Below, piece after piece: positions 39,701-52,300 of a stretch of 64,000 nucleotides of DNA; the first letter of the stretch is position 1, and the number at the start of each line of letters is the position of its first letter. The notes under the pieces were generated by a model, which saw nothing but the letters and a program-made list of their open reading frames with translations, did not search any database and had not been told where the DNA came from. The stretch is from Phoronis australis. Lineage: Eukaryota; Animalia; Phoronida. Made by a program: the position numbers and the translations under genes. The stretch is from the NCBI GenBank assembly GCA_002633005.1, contig NMRA01000238.1, positions 248,001 through 312,000 on the forward strand, written 5' to 3'.

Positions 39701-39834
39701 CTCATTACCAACCACTGTATGAAAGCGATAGTGTACACTCGTTGTTTAGCAATGGATTCGCTAATCCAGCCTCGTGTACAAGTTCTGAGGATATGTTGGA
39801 TCCTGACCGTATCTCGGTCCTCTCGTCCGTGTAA
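33537..39834 (+). CDS. Uncharacterised 197-aa single-pass type I membrane protein: signal-like N-terminus, Ser/Thr-rich ectodomain, TM helix, basic juxtamembrane segment, C-terminal -SSV; exons 33537-33769, 35520-35687, 39642-39834
   Basis: Splice sites aa|gtacgt, ttctag|t, ag|gtaaat, ttccag|g, both junctions phase 2; 594 nt open from ATG to TAA; TM segment ILLPCILAVLVLIALLVIAVLCLL followed by RQKRLR. Confidence 0.78.
35520..35687 (+). CDS. Orphan membrane protein coding exon 2 (transmembrane exon)
   Basis: VPSGDSSWTIKILLPCILAVLVLIALLVIAVLCLLRQKRLRYHLKARRRKSATFL, in a frame not shown by the ORF track; clear AG/GT boundaries. Confidence 0.85.
36270..37680. mobile_element. Non-autonomous DNA element with about 140-bp imperfect TIRs (36270-36412 / 37537-37680)
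   Basis: Left arm CAGCGCTCGATTGGCCGACCTGCAG..TTTGGCGACCTGGGAAAAAT..TTTAAATTAC matches the reverse complement of the right arm; no clear TSD. Confidence 0.78.
36411..36995 (+). mobile_element. Internal LINE ORF2 fragment (RT thumb/connection and start of RNase H; Ingi/I-group-like), degenerate
   Basis: INKLERLQNSSLRVITGCTKCTSVTALRYL..PSIADR..HPLH, then after a stop and frameshift AIIVSTDGSFDAAPNRAGRG (RNase H TDGS..G.G). Confidence 0.82.
37795..37980. repeat. Degenerate (GGT)n/(GTA)n trinucleotide tract
   Basis: Directly visible. Confidence 0.9.
38285..38332 (-). ncRNA. Minimal type I hammerhead ribozyme (PLE-associated), minus-strand copy
   Basis: Exact reverse complement of 38767-38814. 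Confidence 0.85.
38767..38814 (+). ncRNA. Minimal type I hammerhead ribozyme (PLE-associated), plus-strand copy
   Basis: GACUU-CUGAGGA-U-GGUGU(UUAAUAAAUG)ACACC-GAAAC-AU-GUC/AAGUU: stem I, CUGANGA core, stem II, GAAA, palindromic ACAUGU stem III, GUC cleavage triplet ending at 38809. Confidence 0.87.
38912..39060. repeat. Degenerate (CAT)n/(CAC)n tract
   Basis: Directly visible. Confidence 0.8.
39200..39251. repeat. Alternating (CA/CG)n purine-pyrimidine tract
   Basis: ACACGCACACACGCACACGCGCGCGCGCACGCACACACAC. Confidence 0.85.
39642..39834 (+). CDS. Orphan membrane protein terminal coding exon (cytoplasmic tail ending DRISVLSSV*)
   Basis: Pyrimidine-rich acceptor ttctacttgtcgttccag; phase matches the TM exon; AATAAA near 40553. 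Confidence 0.72.
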
Positions 39835-41919
39835 GAGAATGTTTTTCCGACAGATGTTGCATAAATTAAATTGATTAAGTTGATCCTGCAGTGGATGAAG
39901 ACCTACCAGTCGTACCTGAGCTGTGACGGACTAACGCTCATTAAATATATGCGTGCATCTTCTAAACGAGGGTGCACTCCATTAGGTCAGTTTTCAATAC
40001 GCTAAAAGAAAATAGAACGCCCAGTTGTTGATCAACATCCCCTTCAATTTCCAAAACAAAAATTGTAAATTCAATACACTTCCGATTCACGGGTGTGCGA
40101 CAAAATTTTTGGGGAACCCAAGGCAATCACCAATCCCCAGTTGAAGGAGTCAAGCGGCTCCGCAGGGTTGGGAAAATTATTTTACAATAAGTTTCTGGAG
40201 TTGCAATTTATAATTTTTTCGCATTCTGTATCAACTGTAGAGTAACGAACAACTTCAAAGAGACATTATTGGAAAAGCGAAATATAATTAATTAAATGCG
40301 TTCCGAATCAGTGTTTTATACAATTCTTTTCTAAGTGCAAAATACATAAAAAATATTTTTATCAGAAAAAATCGTACCGTCCTGAACTCTGCAGAATGTC
40401 AGATATTCTTGTTTGTTACTGCTGATATGAGAGCAACATGTACTTATTCACACCAATCCAATACATGAATGTCTGTAATCCCCCCATACTCAGAGAACAA
40501 AAATGCCACTAATCAAAATCTTGCATTTGCGAATGGTTGATGCTTGGTTGGGAATAAAAGTCGTTTTTCCCTTGACCATAGATTATGGAAATAAATGTAC
40601 AACTGTTTTGCAAATCTACTCAAGCGATAAAGAAAAATAGAATGATGTTTAAAATGGCGAAAAGCATCGGAAATTGAAAGGCCTGAAACTTGCCAATGAG
40701 ATTTACTAAGTGGTTGACGTTGTCTTAAATGACATACATTTGGCACACAGACATGCGTTTACAAAATTGCCAATGGTAGCTAGTAATTAAAGGTTTATTT
40801 AGTCATTGAACTTTTTAAAAATCTACGAAGGTTGGTATTTCCCTGAGTTACACATAACTATAACAAAGAGAAAAGTTTGAATTTGACCCAAATTTTTGAC
40901 GATGTTAAAACAATAAGTCAGTTCAAATTATTGAAAGCCCATTTCATATTAAGCTAACTAGCGATAAGACGGGTATGAGAGGGTGAAAGTTTATTCGAAT
41001 TTTACTAGAACCGACAGTGGTCCCCAGATTGTTTTTTACTTAGTCCAAGTATTCAAAGTCATAGGCCCAATGTACTGGTTCTAACAAAATAATAATACTA
41101 CAGAGTCACAATTGCAAACATGTATTTACACACTTTTCATTTCTTGCAAATCTGACGACATACATGTTTAGCTCTAATATTAATCCGACACTGCACTTGA
41201 CACCTGTTGACAAGAGTGGCGGTCATTGCAACTCACGCCTTTCTCTGTAGCGATGTCCCTTGGTTTGCATATCTCTCAGACTCATGCACTTTTCTCGTGA
41301 TTTGGTCTCGTGCGCGAAATAATGTATAAGGAATCGTGTGGTCACTTCTCTTAAAGAGGCATGGAACGCGAAATTCGTAAAAAATACCTTTGAAACAAAT
41401 CGTGGCTAATTTACTTCTTCGGTATGCTAACGTAAGAGTGAATTCATTTTGAATGCTGCAGAAAATTCAAGAAAAAGTCGTTAGATTTACTAGTTCTGAA
41501 AAACAGGCCCTAACCACATATATATGTGCGCATGCGCTCAAAGAAGTTGAGCTGGCTTCTGCTGGAAATCGCCATTGTTTTGTTTACATTATAAGTCAAA
41601 GGTCACATTTTCCGTGTAAGCGAATTATGTTTGGCCATACCTTGTACACAGAGACGTGCTTTGCCGTGTGGGACAAAAATCGACGAAGTGACGAGCAGTA
41701 GATAGCTCGTTTTTTGAAATTTGAAATTATTGGGGACAAACAAAACAACACAAGAATACTATATATTTTAAGTTGTATTGGGAATTTCAGGGTCACAGCT
41801 CTTCAAATAATTATTTCACTGAAGGAACCAGATGGGTTCCTTAATTACAAGAGATAACACACACATTTACGATACCCAATGTGTAATTGAGTATCGGATA
41901 CTAAGTGGCACAGGTTAGT

Positions 41920-42065
41920 AAACTACCAAATGGGTATTGGCTGATTGCCTACCAAGTGGGTCGAGCAAAACGGCAAATTAAATAATAAGTACCAAATGCG
42001 GGGTACAAACTGCCAAATGGGCAAACATATAAAGAACCAAGTGGGTGCACCAAACAGCCACCGGG
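41920..42065. repeat. Degenerate short tandem repeat with core resembling ACCAAATGGG
   Basis: About six recurrences of CCAA(A/G)TG(G/C)G. Confidence 0.6.
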
Positions 42066-42867
42066 CTATAACAACCTGCAAAGCATGTTCCGGACAAGCT
42101 GAGTGAAACTATAAAAAAATGCTTTGACATAAACAGAAATCTAAAATCTCTAAGAAGAAACCGTAAATTTAAATACTTGACGAGCAGCTCGACCTCTGTT
42201 TCAGTGCGAAAGAACCCCTTTGAATAATGCAATTTTTACGTTCTTTGCCACTTAAAATATCCACTATTGAATGGTTAACGGCCAATGAAACCCACACTTA
42301 TTCCATGATAAATCATGACGTATACATATGTAGGAACGGCTATGCATGCTCCTTTCATGCAGTCAAAAACTGTAAAAGTCGGTGGTAGAGAATCTGTGAC
42401 GGCGATCATCATTTTCAATAATCATTCTTTGTTAATCATGACAGTGGAGAGATTTTGCAAACATACGGATACCGGCACGTGTGAGCTTCGTGAAAAGGGG
42501 GATTCGTTTGTCCACTGTACTACATCATTACGCTCGGCGTTCATTGTTTTTGCGGTGTGTGGACTTGGTCTGAGTTCCGTAGATCCTGAGCATTAGCCAT
42601 GCACCTGCAGCGAAAATTTTTCAATTACGTAACGGTAACGTTGAATTCTATCTCAGCGCGGAACGAATTCCTGCACTGCGTGTTTGACTACGTTCTTAGT
42701 GGGCTAATAAGGATTTCTTATTAGTAAAGGGAATAAAAAGGCGACATGTGTCAAGCAAATTTTGGAACTAAATGTACAATACATTCTTGGGTTATCAGAA
42801 CTGAAACTGTGACCAATTCTCTAGATTTTTAAGCCACGGTAAAAGCTGTTTACAAATTAGTGATGAG

Positions 42868-43733
42868 TTAGAGTTAGGATTAGGGTTTGGGTTTGCCGGG
42901 TTGGGGACAGTGTTAGTGTTAGGTTTAGGGACAGGGCTAGGGTTATGGATAGGGTTCGTGTTCGGGGACGGAGTTAGGACTAGGGTTAGAGTTAGGCACT
43001 GGGACTAGGGTTAGAGTTAGGCACTGGGACTAGGGTTAGAGTTAGGCACTGGGACTAGGGTTAGAGTTAGGCACTGGGACAGGGGACAAGGATTAAGACA
43101 AGAGCTAGGGGTGAGGACTAGGGATAGGGCAATGGCTTGCCGACTAGGGTTGTGGCTACGGCTTGGGGTTAGGGTTAGCGCTAGGGCTATAGTTAGGGTT
43201 ACGGCTAAACTAATGCTAGGTCATGAACTATGGTTAGGGCTTTGGTCAGGGTCAGGGTTAGCCTAAGACAGGGTCAGCACAGGATCAGCCGGGTAAGGGC
43301 CAGAGTTAGGCTTATGGAGGGGTTCGAGTGAGAGATGGCGTTGGAGTTGGTATGATGGTGACGGTTGGAGTGTGAGTAGGGCCTCTGGCTGTGGCTCGGG
43401 CTCTCACTTGGATTAGGCTGGGGTTGAGGTTGGGGTGAGGGTTGGGATGAAAGTTGGGGTCGGGGTTGGGGTTGGGGCTGGGGCTGAGGCTTGGGCACTT
43501 TATGCTAAACCTAACCCTATGCTCAACTCTAACTCTGAGCCTAAGTCTAAGCCTAACCCTATATCCCTTACCCTACCATACCGGCCCCTAATCTACTACT
43601 TAACTCAACCGCAACTCCAACTCTATTATTAACCCTAACTCTAACTCTAACAACTCAAACACTATCACTCAGCCTATCCCTCACCCCAACCCTAATCCTA
43701 ACATTGAGTCTAAGCCTAACCCTAACCCTAACT
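42868..43733. repeat. Degenerate telomere-like array: TTAGGG-like hexamers, switching near 43500 to CCCTAA-like hexamers; includes four copies of a 25-bp unit (42977-43080)
   Basis: Directly visible, e.g. GGGGTTAGGGTTAG, GGGACTAGGGTTAGAGTTAGGCACT x4, CCTAACCCTAACCCTAAC. Confidence 0.9.
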
Positions 43734-46700
43734 CTTTCGGGTTACTAGTTTCATACTATTTCCTAGCCAGTCAGCTATAAGACTGTCGTCAAAATACAGC
43801 TAGGTCCCACTGCGTGTATTTCTTCCGTAGACCCCGAAATTGCACTCAGCCAGGGTAGTTCTGCTAGTCACCGCGCTGTGAAACTTGTACCAACATGTAA
43901 AGCTAAAGACCGGACGGTGTGCATGCAAAATCTGGGAGTCAACCGACACTCACCTTGCCCGTTACAGCCGTTTAAGTGAAAAACAATGCAATAAACGTCA
44001 TTTTCTTGCGTAACTCTCTGCCTTTTCTAACAATGATAAGTATTTCGTCGTTTTGAAAACAGTACGCTCGTGTCACACGCACGCGCCATTTCCTAAATTT
44101 TTGCGACATCTCTCGGGAGATGATGATAGCTTGGCAGCAACAAAATTTCATCTGAAATTCGATTTTTCGGTACCAAAATTTTAAAAACTTTTAATGAAGT
44201 GAAACCAGTTCAGATAATTTGTTGTGACGTGTACGCAGCCTTGTGAAAGAACAACAGTTGATTGAAGAATCGGCGAAAAAAGAACTGGCCAATAGGTGAC
44301 GCAAAATTTCATGGCGCCGAAAGCCGTCACTAAAGATCGCTCCACAACTTTAGCAGCAGAATAATGGTAGAACGCCATTTTTGCCAACACCGTTAAATAA
44401 TTTAAATTACTCAAGGAAGACTGTAGTTTTTAATGACGCTAATTTTGTGTCATATTTTATCTTACCACTTTTTACCCGCATCGGTGCAAAGCTGTATATT
44501 TTTATACAGCTTTGTACCAAGGCTAACTATTTCCCTGAAAGCTCAGTGACACTGTCATTTGAAAGATCACAATGATTCAAATAAAAACGAATTTTCTTGC
44601 TTATAACAAATGAAGCTTAGGTACTGTCTGAGATTTTAGACTATATTTTATTGTCATATCTATAGATCACGTAAGAGCACGAGCCTAGGTGACGCTGTGT
44701 AAGTGTTTACGACGATTACCTAAAGAGGGCGGAAGACAATGCAACATATCAGTCCCAATCACATGAAAATGACGTGATGCGAAATCTTAGGTGTGTTCCA
44801 AACACCATTCGTCAATATAATACTGCCATTAAGCGAACATTGGGAATGCGTATTTCAGAATCGAGATGATGGCTTCGAATCTTCTCTTCTGTACATACTT
44901 TCATTAAAGTATTTTGTTAGGGTATTTAGTGAAGCAAATGTCCCGTGATATTTACATTTGTGCGCCCTCAACATTGATAGACACGACCACATCTTCGTCA
45001 CTCCCAAATATACACGTGGGTGTATTTGCAATGGACTTTTGTCCAATCAAGAAGATTCCGTTTCATGAAAATATAAGTTTCAAGTTTGATTGTTGGTATG
45101 ACGTCAACAGCATTGTTCAAAAAGCGCAAAGTGACATGTGATGGAATGGAATCATCCTTATTTTGATGTAAACTAAGACTAGAATAGCTTCGTGAAACTT
45201 AGTTTTCCAAATATACGCCCAGGCTTGTCTGAAGAAAACTCTCTGGTAAGGAAGATGACGTGATGTACGCCTCAGTAAACCTAGAAGCTGCCCGGCTTTG
45301 GCAACAGTAAGACATGAACTGACCAACTAATACTTGTATCTTTGTGACGCCAACTAATGTAACACTGGTCCACGGAAGCATTAAGAATTTTCAAATCTCA
45401 GTTCTTATTCTATCGTTCATGTTTAGAAATTATATAAGTATACTTCGTCTTGGTCGTATGTGTTTTTGCACCAGGAGGCGACACTATCCAGCAAGTCAAC
45501 GGTTTCTACGGAAACAGCAATGGCTGGCGGCTAGTGGAATGTAATGCACATTGGTAAATCATGTGTAAAAGTAAAACTCATAAGAACACATAAAATAAAA
45601 GTATTTAAATTGAATAAGAAATCAAGTTCCCGGAGGTTTTGTTGCTTGTATCGGGGCCACAGAGTTTACATAATCGTTTTTTTGTGATAAATTAGATATT
45701 ATTGATTTTTATCCACTCCGGTCGAATATCCTTCAAATTAGCAGACATGAAATACGAGACGCGAATATAAGGAGTTGTAGTATATACATGAGGTGAACTA
45801 TCGTTATTTGAAATAATACAATTTTGTTGTAATTCCGTATTTTAAGCCACTTTCCTACTTAATTAATGCCGTTCATTCTGTGAACTCGTCTTAGTCACGT
45901 TGATTAACGGAAAGGATTGTACTATATTGAATGGAGATTGCGTAACATTTTATCCAACGAGTTGTTTAATTGGTTTTGTTAGTGCGCATCGCTCAAATCA
46001 AATATAATTAACGTAATCGCAAAACGACATCTGTTCTTTCCAGGAATCACTCTTAGGGCCCCTACACTTCTCGTGAGGACGGCATAGATTTTAAGAGAGA
46101 CACAAATGTCAATTGTGTTTTCACATCTTTTATGATGGGAGCAGCTCTCCACTATGTAACTAAAATAGGTCGGTGTATTTTATTTCACTGAAATGAATAT
46201 TAGATGATCTTTTAAAAAATATTTAGTGATAAAATTGGAAATAATTGGGTGACTTTTGCAATAGGGTGTAGAAATAGTCCTGAAAGTGTTACTCCCTTTT
46301 GCGTGAACTCGAGAGCTTTTATTGTTATGCAATAAACTTACTCTATGGAACGCAGCCTTGACCCTCGCGTGCGCAAAACCATCCTCATCGTAGCAACCTG
46401 AATATCAATCGTTATCAACGATCAAATGTAGCTTCGGGTTAAGGAAACGTACCTTTGAAGACAAGCCGTTACAAACTATAGGTTTTGTTGGAAGAAGTAG
46501 AATACCTACAGCGGATACTTGAGAGTAAACTGTTGGTATATCACAATTTTGTGAACAGTCTAAGTGGAAGCGAAAACGTCCACCAAAATACTGCGCGGCA
46601 ATAACACTAGTTCGTGCATTCATCTCTGTTTCGGCTTCACAGCTTTCACAATCTTGAATGAGTTAGAAACAGACTCATGGCGGGTTTTTCTATGCTGTAA

Positions 46701-47788
46701 CTTTCCTTAATTTGGGAAATGTCGCGTTTTCGCGAAATGGCCTCTGAGTTAGAAAAACAGGAATAATACGCTCGATTGTGGAAAGTGAAGGATGTTCAAA
46801 TGATAAAATTTGTGAACAAGCATAAGTTCTTTCACATCAAAAATGTCGCGTTGTTTGCATATTTCTCCATTGTTATTTTTAAGTTGGATGTATATACGGG
46901 CAATTTCATTTAGGTGCCATGATGTTCCTATCATGAGAAATCAAAGAATTCAGCAATTTTGGTTTACGTTTTGTTACTGCCAACCACAGTTTTGCCATGC
47001 AAACACAATTTAGGAAAAATTTCTGCAAAGTATCTCATTGCGTAACAGTCGCTGGTGTGTTCAGTTAACAGAGATTTTGTTGAAGTGAAATTAAATTATT
47101 TTTCATTTCCTTAATGAAAATTTCGGACTAAAGTCTCACGTCTGAATTTTACTTAAGCATTTTCAATTATTATTATGAAATAGTTATTTTTTGTTGTATA
47201 ATCCGGTAAAGCATGAAGAAATGTGTAATCAAAAATCTTGCTGTTCTTGTAAATATTGTCCACAGCCTCGTTCTGCGACATTTCGGAGGTCCATTGCAAA
47301 CTGAAATAGAACGGTCTTTGCGACGGATCATGCCCTATCCAAGCTAATTCTTACGCAAAATAAATAGATGTCCGTATTTACGTCGGGCAGTTAGGATTAA
47401 GTTTCTAGTACATGACAGTTCCTGCAGCTTGTAACAATAAATAAATATACAAGACGGGTCAATTCGGATAGGATTTGAAGAATTGGAAGCCCATGATTTC
47501 AATAACAATTTAATGTCAAGTCAAATTGCCATTGTCCGCACGCGCGAGTACAATCGGAGTGGCATAATGCACTTCCGTTTTCCACACTCATGTTTCGGAA
47601 ATAACCAACAGTTGAGGAATGAACCCAGCTAAATTGTGTTCATAACTTATCAAATTGTATTTTCAATAATATTTCAGCTTGAGAAGATATTGACGTGACT
47701 TAGCATTCAAGTCTTATCATAAAATTACATTTTTCATTTGCTGATATGCATCTGGTGCAGACCTAGGATTCATTCCAAGTTGAGTTAA

Positions 47789-48159
47789 AGGGACGTTATC
47801 GGCGAGGAAATACATTTTTCAGACCAGCCAACGCGGAATCGAACTCACAACCTAAGCGTTCACACTCCAAAGTTTTGCTCGTGGAGCTAAAGTGACTCAA
47901 TAAACGGCGGTGTATTTTAAATGATTCAAAAAGCCATGTCTTCAGCGAATGTCTGACAGACGACGACAAGTATTGGCAATTTTGTTATAAAATCATAGAC
48001 CAAAACAGAATTTTCTTTTGTAGTTTAGTCAAAGCTAATACCCTATAAGATACGTGTACAAGTCTCTCCTATCCAACCTATAAGATACATGTACAAGTCT
48101 CTCCCATCTAACAATAATTCCCAAAACGCGTTTTAGGTCATAAAACCGCCAATGTCCCT
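47789..48159. mobile_element. TTAA-flanked non-autonomous DNA transposon (Kolobok-like ends), family D copy 1
   Basis: TTAA|AGGGACGTT...AATGTCCCT|TTAA; internal about 36-bp tandem duplication near 48042-48108. Confidence 0.75.
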
Positions 48160-49169
48160 TTAATTGAAATTTCAAAAATTGAATTTTGGTATCCACAAGT
48201 CTGAGTAGGTGCCATTAGCACGTGCGTGTTAAATACCATGTAATCTTCTTGTGGGATCAAACGGAGTATCGGTTGATAATGCTAAGTTTTCTACTAATTC
48301 CTATTGATACATATGTATCATCTCCGTCACTACTTACATTTGGTATCGATCCGAACGAAAACAATACAGATGTCAACGGATCTTTTAAAATCCTTCATTA
48401 ATATAAGTAGTATTTTCGTTGCAATTGCATGTTAAAAATGCCAGAGATTTCCTACAGTTTCAATCATTACTTTAGTTTTTGGCACAATAAAGGATTCTAG
48501 TGAAAATTCATTATACGTTCAATATCTAAGACACACATTAACATCTTAAGCGGTTTATGACTTTTCAAACTTGATTACACAGCAAGCAAATGTATTGGAG
48601 CAAACGATGTGCGAATAGATCTCAGTATTCAAGGAACAAAGTTATGTCAAACTTGATTAGCAAAAGAAGTAATGCGTAGTTGTTACAGAATTTTTTCACC
48701 TTATTTGTTTTATAGCAATGTCCATGTACCGATGTATAATTATTTCTCTAAATTTTCATGATTTGAAACTGACGTGTTTTCCTGAAAATTGTCCATTTGT
48801 ATGAGTGCGTGACTCGTGACTGAGTTGATGCATGCGCACATCCGGTCCACGGAGATAGTTCGACTTGAAGCAAATGTGTTTTCTTATTAATATCGTCTGC
48901 TTGAAGCGTCATCGGTTAGAATTAGTCTTGAAATCAAGCTGGATATGATGACATGATACACAGCACAAGATTTAAAACTATGCAAAACATATTCCCTTCC
49001 TTGGTTGAACGTATTGCTAGTGTTAGGTTCAATAAAAATATGGTAAGCTTTCCATGCTAATTTTTATTACGAGTTATCTATAATTTAAGAAACTGGATGG
49101 TTCTGAGCCGGATGTCCTCTATTGACAACATGAACACGTATTTGCGTGCGAGTGCATGCATGTTCAGCA

Positions 49170-49315
49170 TAGGTATGCATGTTTGTATGTATGTATGTAT
49201 GTATGTATAACCGAAAACTTGCTCCCGAAGTACAGTCATGCATGTATGTATGTATGTATGTATGTATGTATGTATGTATGTATGTATGTATTCCTGTANT
49301 GTGTGTGTGTTTGTA
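49170..49315. repeat. (ATGT)n microsatellite with adjacent (GT)n
   Basis: Directly visible. Confidence 0.95.
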
Positions 49316-52300
49316 TCGGTGCATGTACTTTCATGAACGCGTTTTGGAGCTTGAATTTTTTCTGTTCTTATTTCAAAAGCTCGCCGTCGCTGAGCAATTG
49401 AGATCACGTGATAGAAAGTGTCTTGGAGATAGTTGAACCATTAATGAATAGTAATAAAATTTTCCTACCATTTGGAACACTGCAGATATTTTGGTAACCT
49501 CAGATTTCCACCCGGAAGTGTTTTGTGTCTGCGCTTGTTTAAATTTCAATCATTACAGCAAGATTTTAGTCTATTAAAATTATGGCTTCACTGAGACTTC
49601 CAGAAACTACGTAAACTAGAGACTGTGAAACTGTATTTGGCTTTGCCACGCCTCTCATGTCAGTCAATATTTAGTTGAAACGTAATAGTCCCTTCTCACT
49701 GCTCAGAATAATTATATACTTCAGCTTTTATCTAGTTGTCTTGTGCCTAGATATAGTGTTTTAGCTCATATCTCTAAGCCTAGCTTTAGGAACAAAAACG
49801 TTACCGAGTCGAGTCGAGTTTTCCTGCCTTAACGGTGTAGCTGTCACGCCATCTAGGTTTCAAGCATCGTATGCAACGCCATTCCCAGTTCTTAGTCTGA
49901 TTTCTAGCATACTGTGTACGCTTGTTTCAAAGATAATAAACTTTATTTTGATTATTTCAGCCAATCCTTATCCTGCTACCTCCTGATGCACCACTAGCGT
50001 CTCAACTGAGCGATAACAGCAGGAATGGGCTCACTTTGTCACAAAATAGATATTTTGATGTCTCACCTTACAGTTGTCGTGAAACTCTTATTAGGGGTAA
50101 CTATGTCACAATTGATCGTTTAGCAGACTTTCTGAGGTTTGAAGAGATTTTCAGGGGATTATTTTTTGTTTCATAGAGCTAGATGGGAAAGTTGTTATTC
50201 CCTGTTTGAAAATGAAGCTTGTTTGCTGGACTGAATATTTACTTATTCCTAGTACCTCGGAGACCACATTTTCGATGAGTTGATGTGAAATCCTAGTAGT
50301 GGGAACTGTGCGGGTCATGTGGGAACTTGCTTGGCTATACTCTCATTCCATTCTGTCAATAGGCCAAAATGGAGTTTATTGTCATCTACGCTTGTTGCCA
50401 CAGAGGTATCTCTGCCTGTTCTCAATTTTGAGAGTTACATAACTTGCTGAGTGTAGTCGGCACATGAGAAAATATATAAGAAACAATCCCGAGGGGATAT
50501 TTGAGACAACAGTTATGGCCGAGGTGCTCCCAATGCCCTCACGCATTTATTATATCGTATTCTAAAGTTTTTAAAATGCAACGCCGTTGATGCGTACACT
50601 TAAACCCAATTAGTACAGTAGTGTTTCGTTTTTGGTGGTTGCACCTAAGGCGCAGGCAGGCACACTAGATCTGTTTAATTCATACTACTTTCATATCATT
50701 TCGTTAAAGTGAAATTGATGCCATGTCAGCATCCACTGTAACGAATTTCTAAAACGTCACTGAAATCCATGTACAAATTTACTTGTTCCTCACGTTTCTT
50801 GAATCCCATCCTCCTCATTACAGGTATAGGTGCAGGTGCAGGTACACATACAAGTGCACTCGGCTTGCTTTTTTACAGCAGCAGTTTTGAACACTTGCAT
50901 AACTGCAATCAAGTGTGATGAATAGTTATGATGTAATTATTCAAAGCAGGAGGCATGTAGCATTATACTTAACTCTTTGGCGGTGAGGTTTCAACACGGG
51001 ATTCGCAGTTAATTACGAGTCTTTTTACGTGTTTGCAGATTTAAACATAAAAGATCACTTCGCAACAGTAATTTGATTGTCAGTGCAGATACATATGTGT
51101 TAAACAACATGCGTATTTGTACCAGTAGTTATATCGAGATACGTGATACGCAAAAGTACTTGAACGAGTGCGATACAGACAATTACATGATCAAAGTGTG
51201 GTTGATGATTTAGAATCATCATCTAAAAAACAGAAATGCGTCATTTGTATGCAGTCGCAAGTAAGTCATGAAAAGACCTCCGCGGTTCAGGTGTATTATA
51301 TGTTTCTTGTGACAACTGCTGCTTCGAGTGTTGGTGACACACAATGTATTTATCTTTCTCCTGATGATGATTTCAGATTAAAGCGAATCGTCGATCATGA
51401 GTGTGTTTGCATTTGGCTACTGTTTTGTGACCAAAAATTGATGTTGTTCACGTCACAATAGATATAATGTATTTGCAATAGTCTTGATATGTACTGTACA
51501 ACAACGGTATCTTTATCAACAATAACAAATAAGAAACTGCTGTCAAAGTGTAAACTTAACAACGGTAAAGTTCATCGACAATCCATAATGGGCAAAGTAA
51601 GACAAAATGAACTTAACGACAACTTGATTGTCTTCACTTTTTCTGAAAAAATGTAATCGAGGACATGACACCTTCAGTTCCAGAACCGAAACGCGTTCTT
51701 TTCATCTCAGCCCGCCAGGGTGTACCCACCTACTCACACACAGGAGACGTCGCCGGAATGGCTCAAAATTGTAGTTTTTTCTTCACGATCAAACAGGCCT
51801 AGTTCATTGCATTCTCTACTGTCTATCCCGGCCAGTCGTCACATGTTACTCCATTTTCTGTAGCAGGTGAATTGTGTACAAGTCGTATGTCGCTTGGGAT
51901 AGATGTTTTAAGTCATGTACAGGTTTTCTCAGGTCTTGCATTGCTCCACACTATGATCTTCTGAATCCTAGCTCCACGCAAAAAATGTTCCAAAAAATAA
52001 CAAGACGCTTGCATGGTTTCTGTTTACATGAGAGGACCTACAATGTACATCTAACAGACTAAATGCAACAAAAACCCTGCATTCCGGAGTCCGACGCCTC
52101 CAGTGAGTTTTCAGCAGAAAGCGAAAATCAGATTTGTGGGATATAAGTTCTCGTACTCCAGAACTCCCAAAGTGTCCGGCAGATGATCATGAGCTCAGTA
52201 AGGTAGCAGTTTCGACATGCGTTACCTGTTTTCTCATATCTATGACAGACTAAACATCTGACTGCTTGAGATAGTACTAAAGCTGAAGTGACCTCTTAAC

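Noticed and set aside
42977-43080. Regular 25-bp repeats considered as a CRISPR-like array
   Set aside because: The units are contiguous with no unique spacers, the context is eukaryotic and there are no cas genes.
43274-43632. Pro/Gln-rich and Gly/Val-rich ORFs
   Set aside because: Translations of the telomere-like hexamer array.
49078-49436. Overlapping YIHT/MYVC repeat ORFs
   Set aside because: Translations of the (ATGT)n microsatellite.
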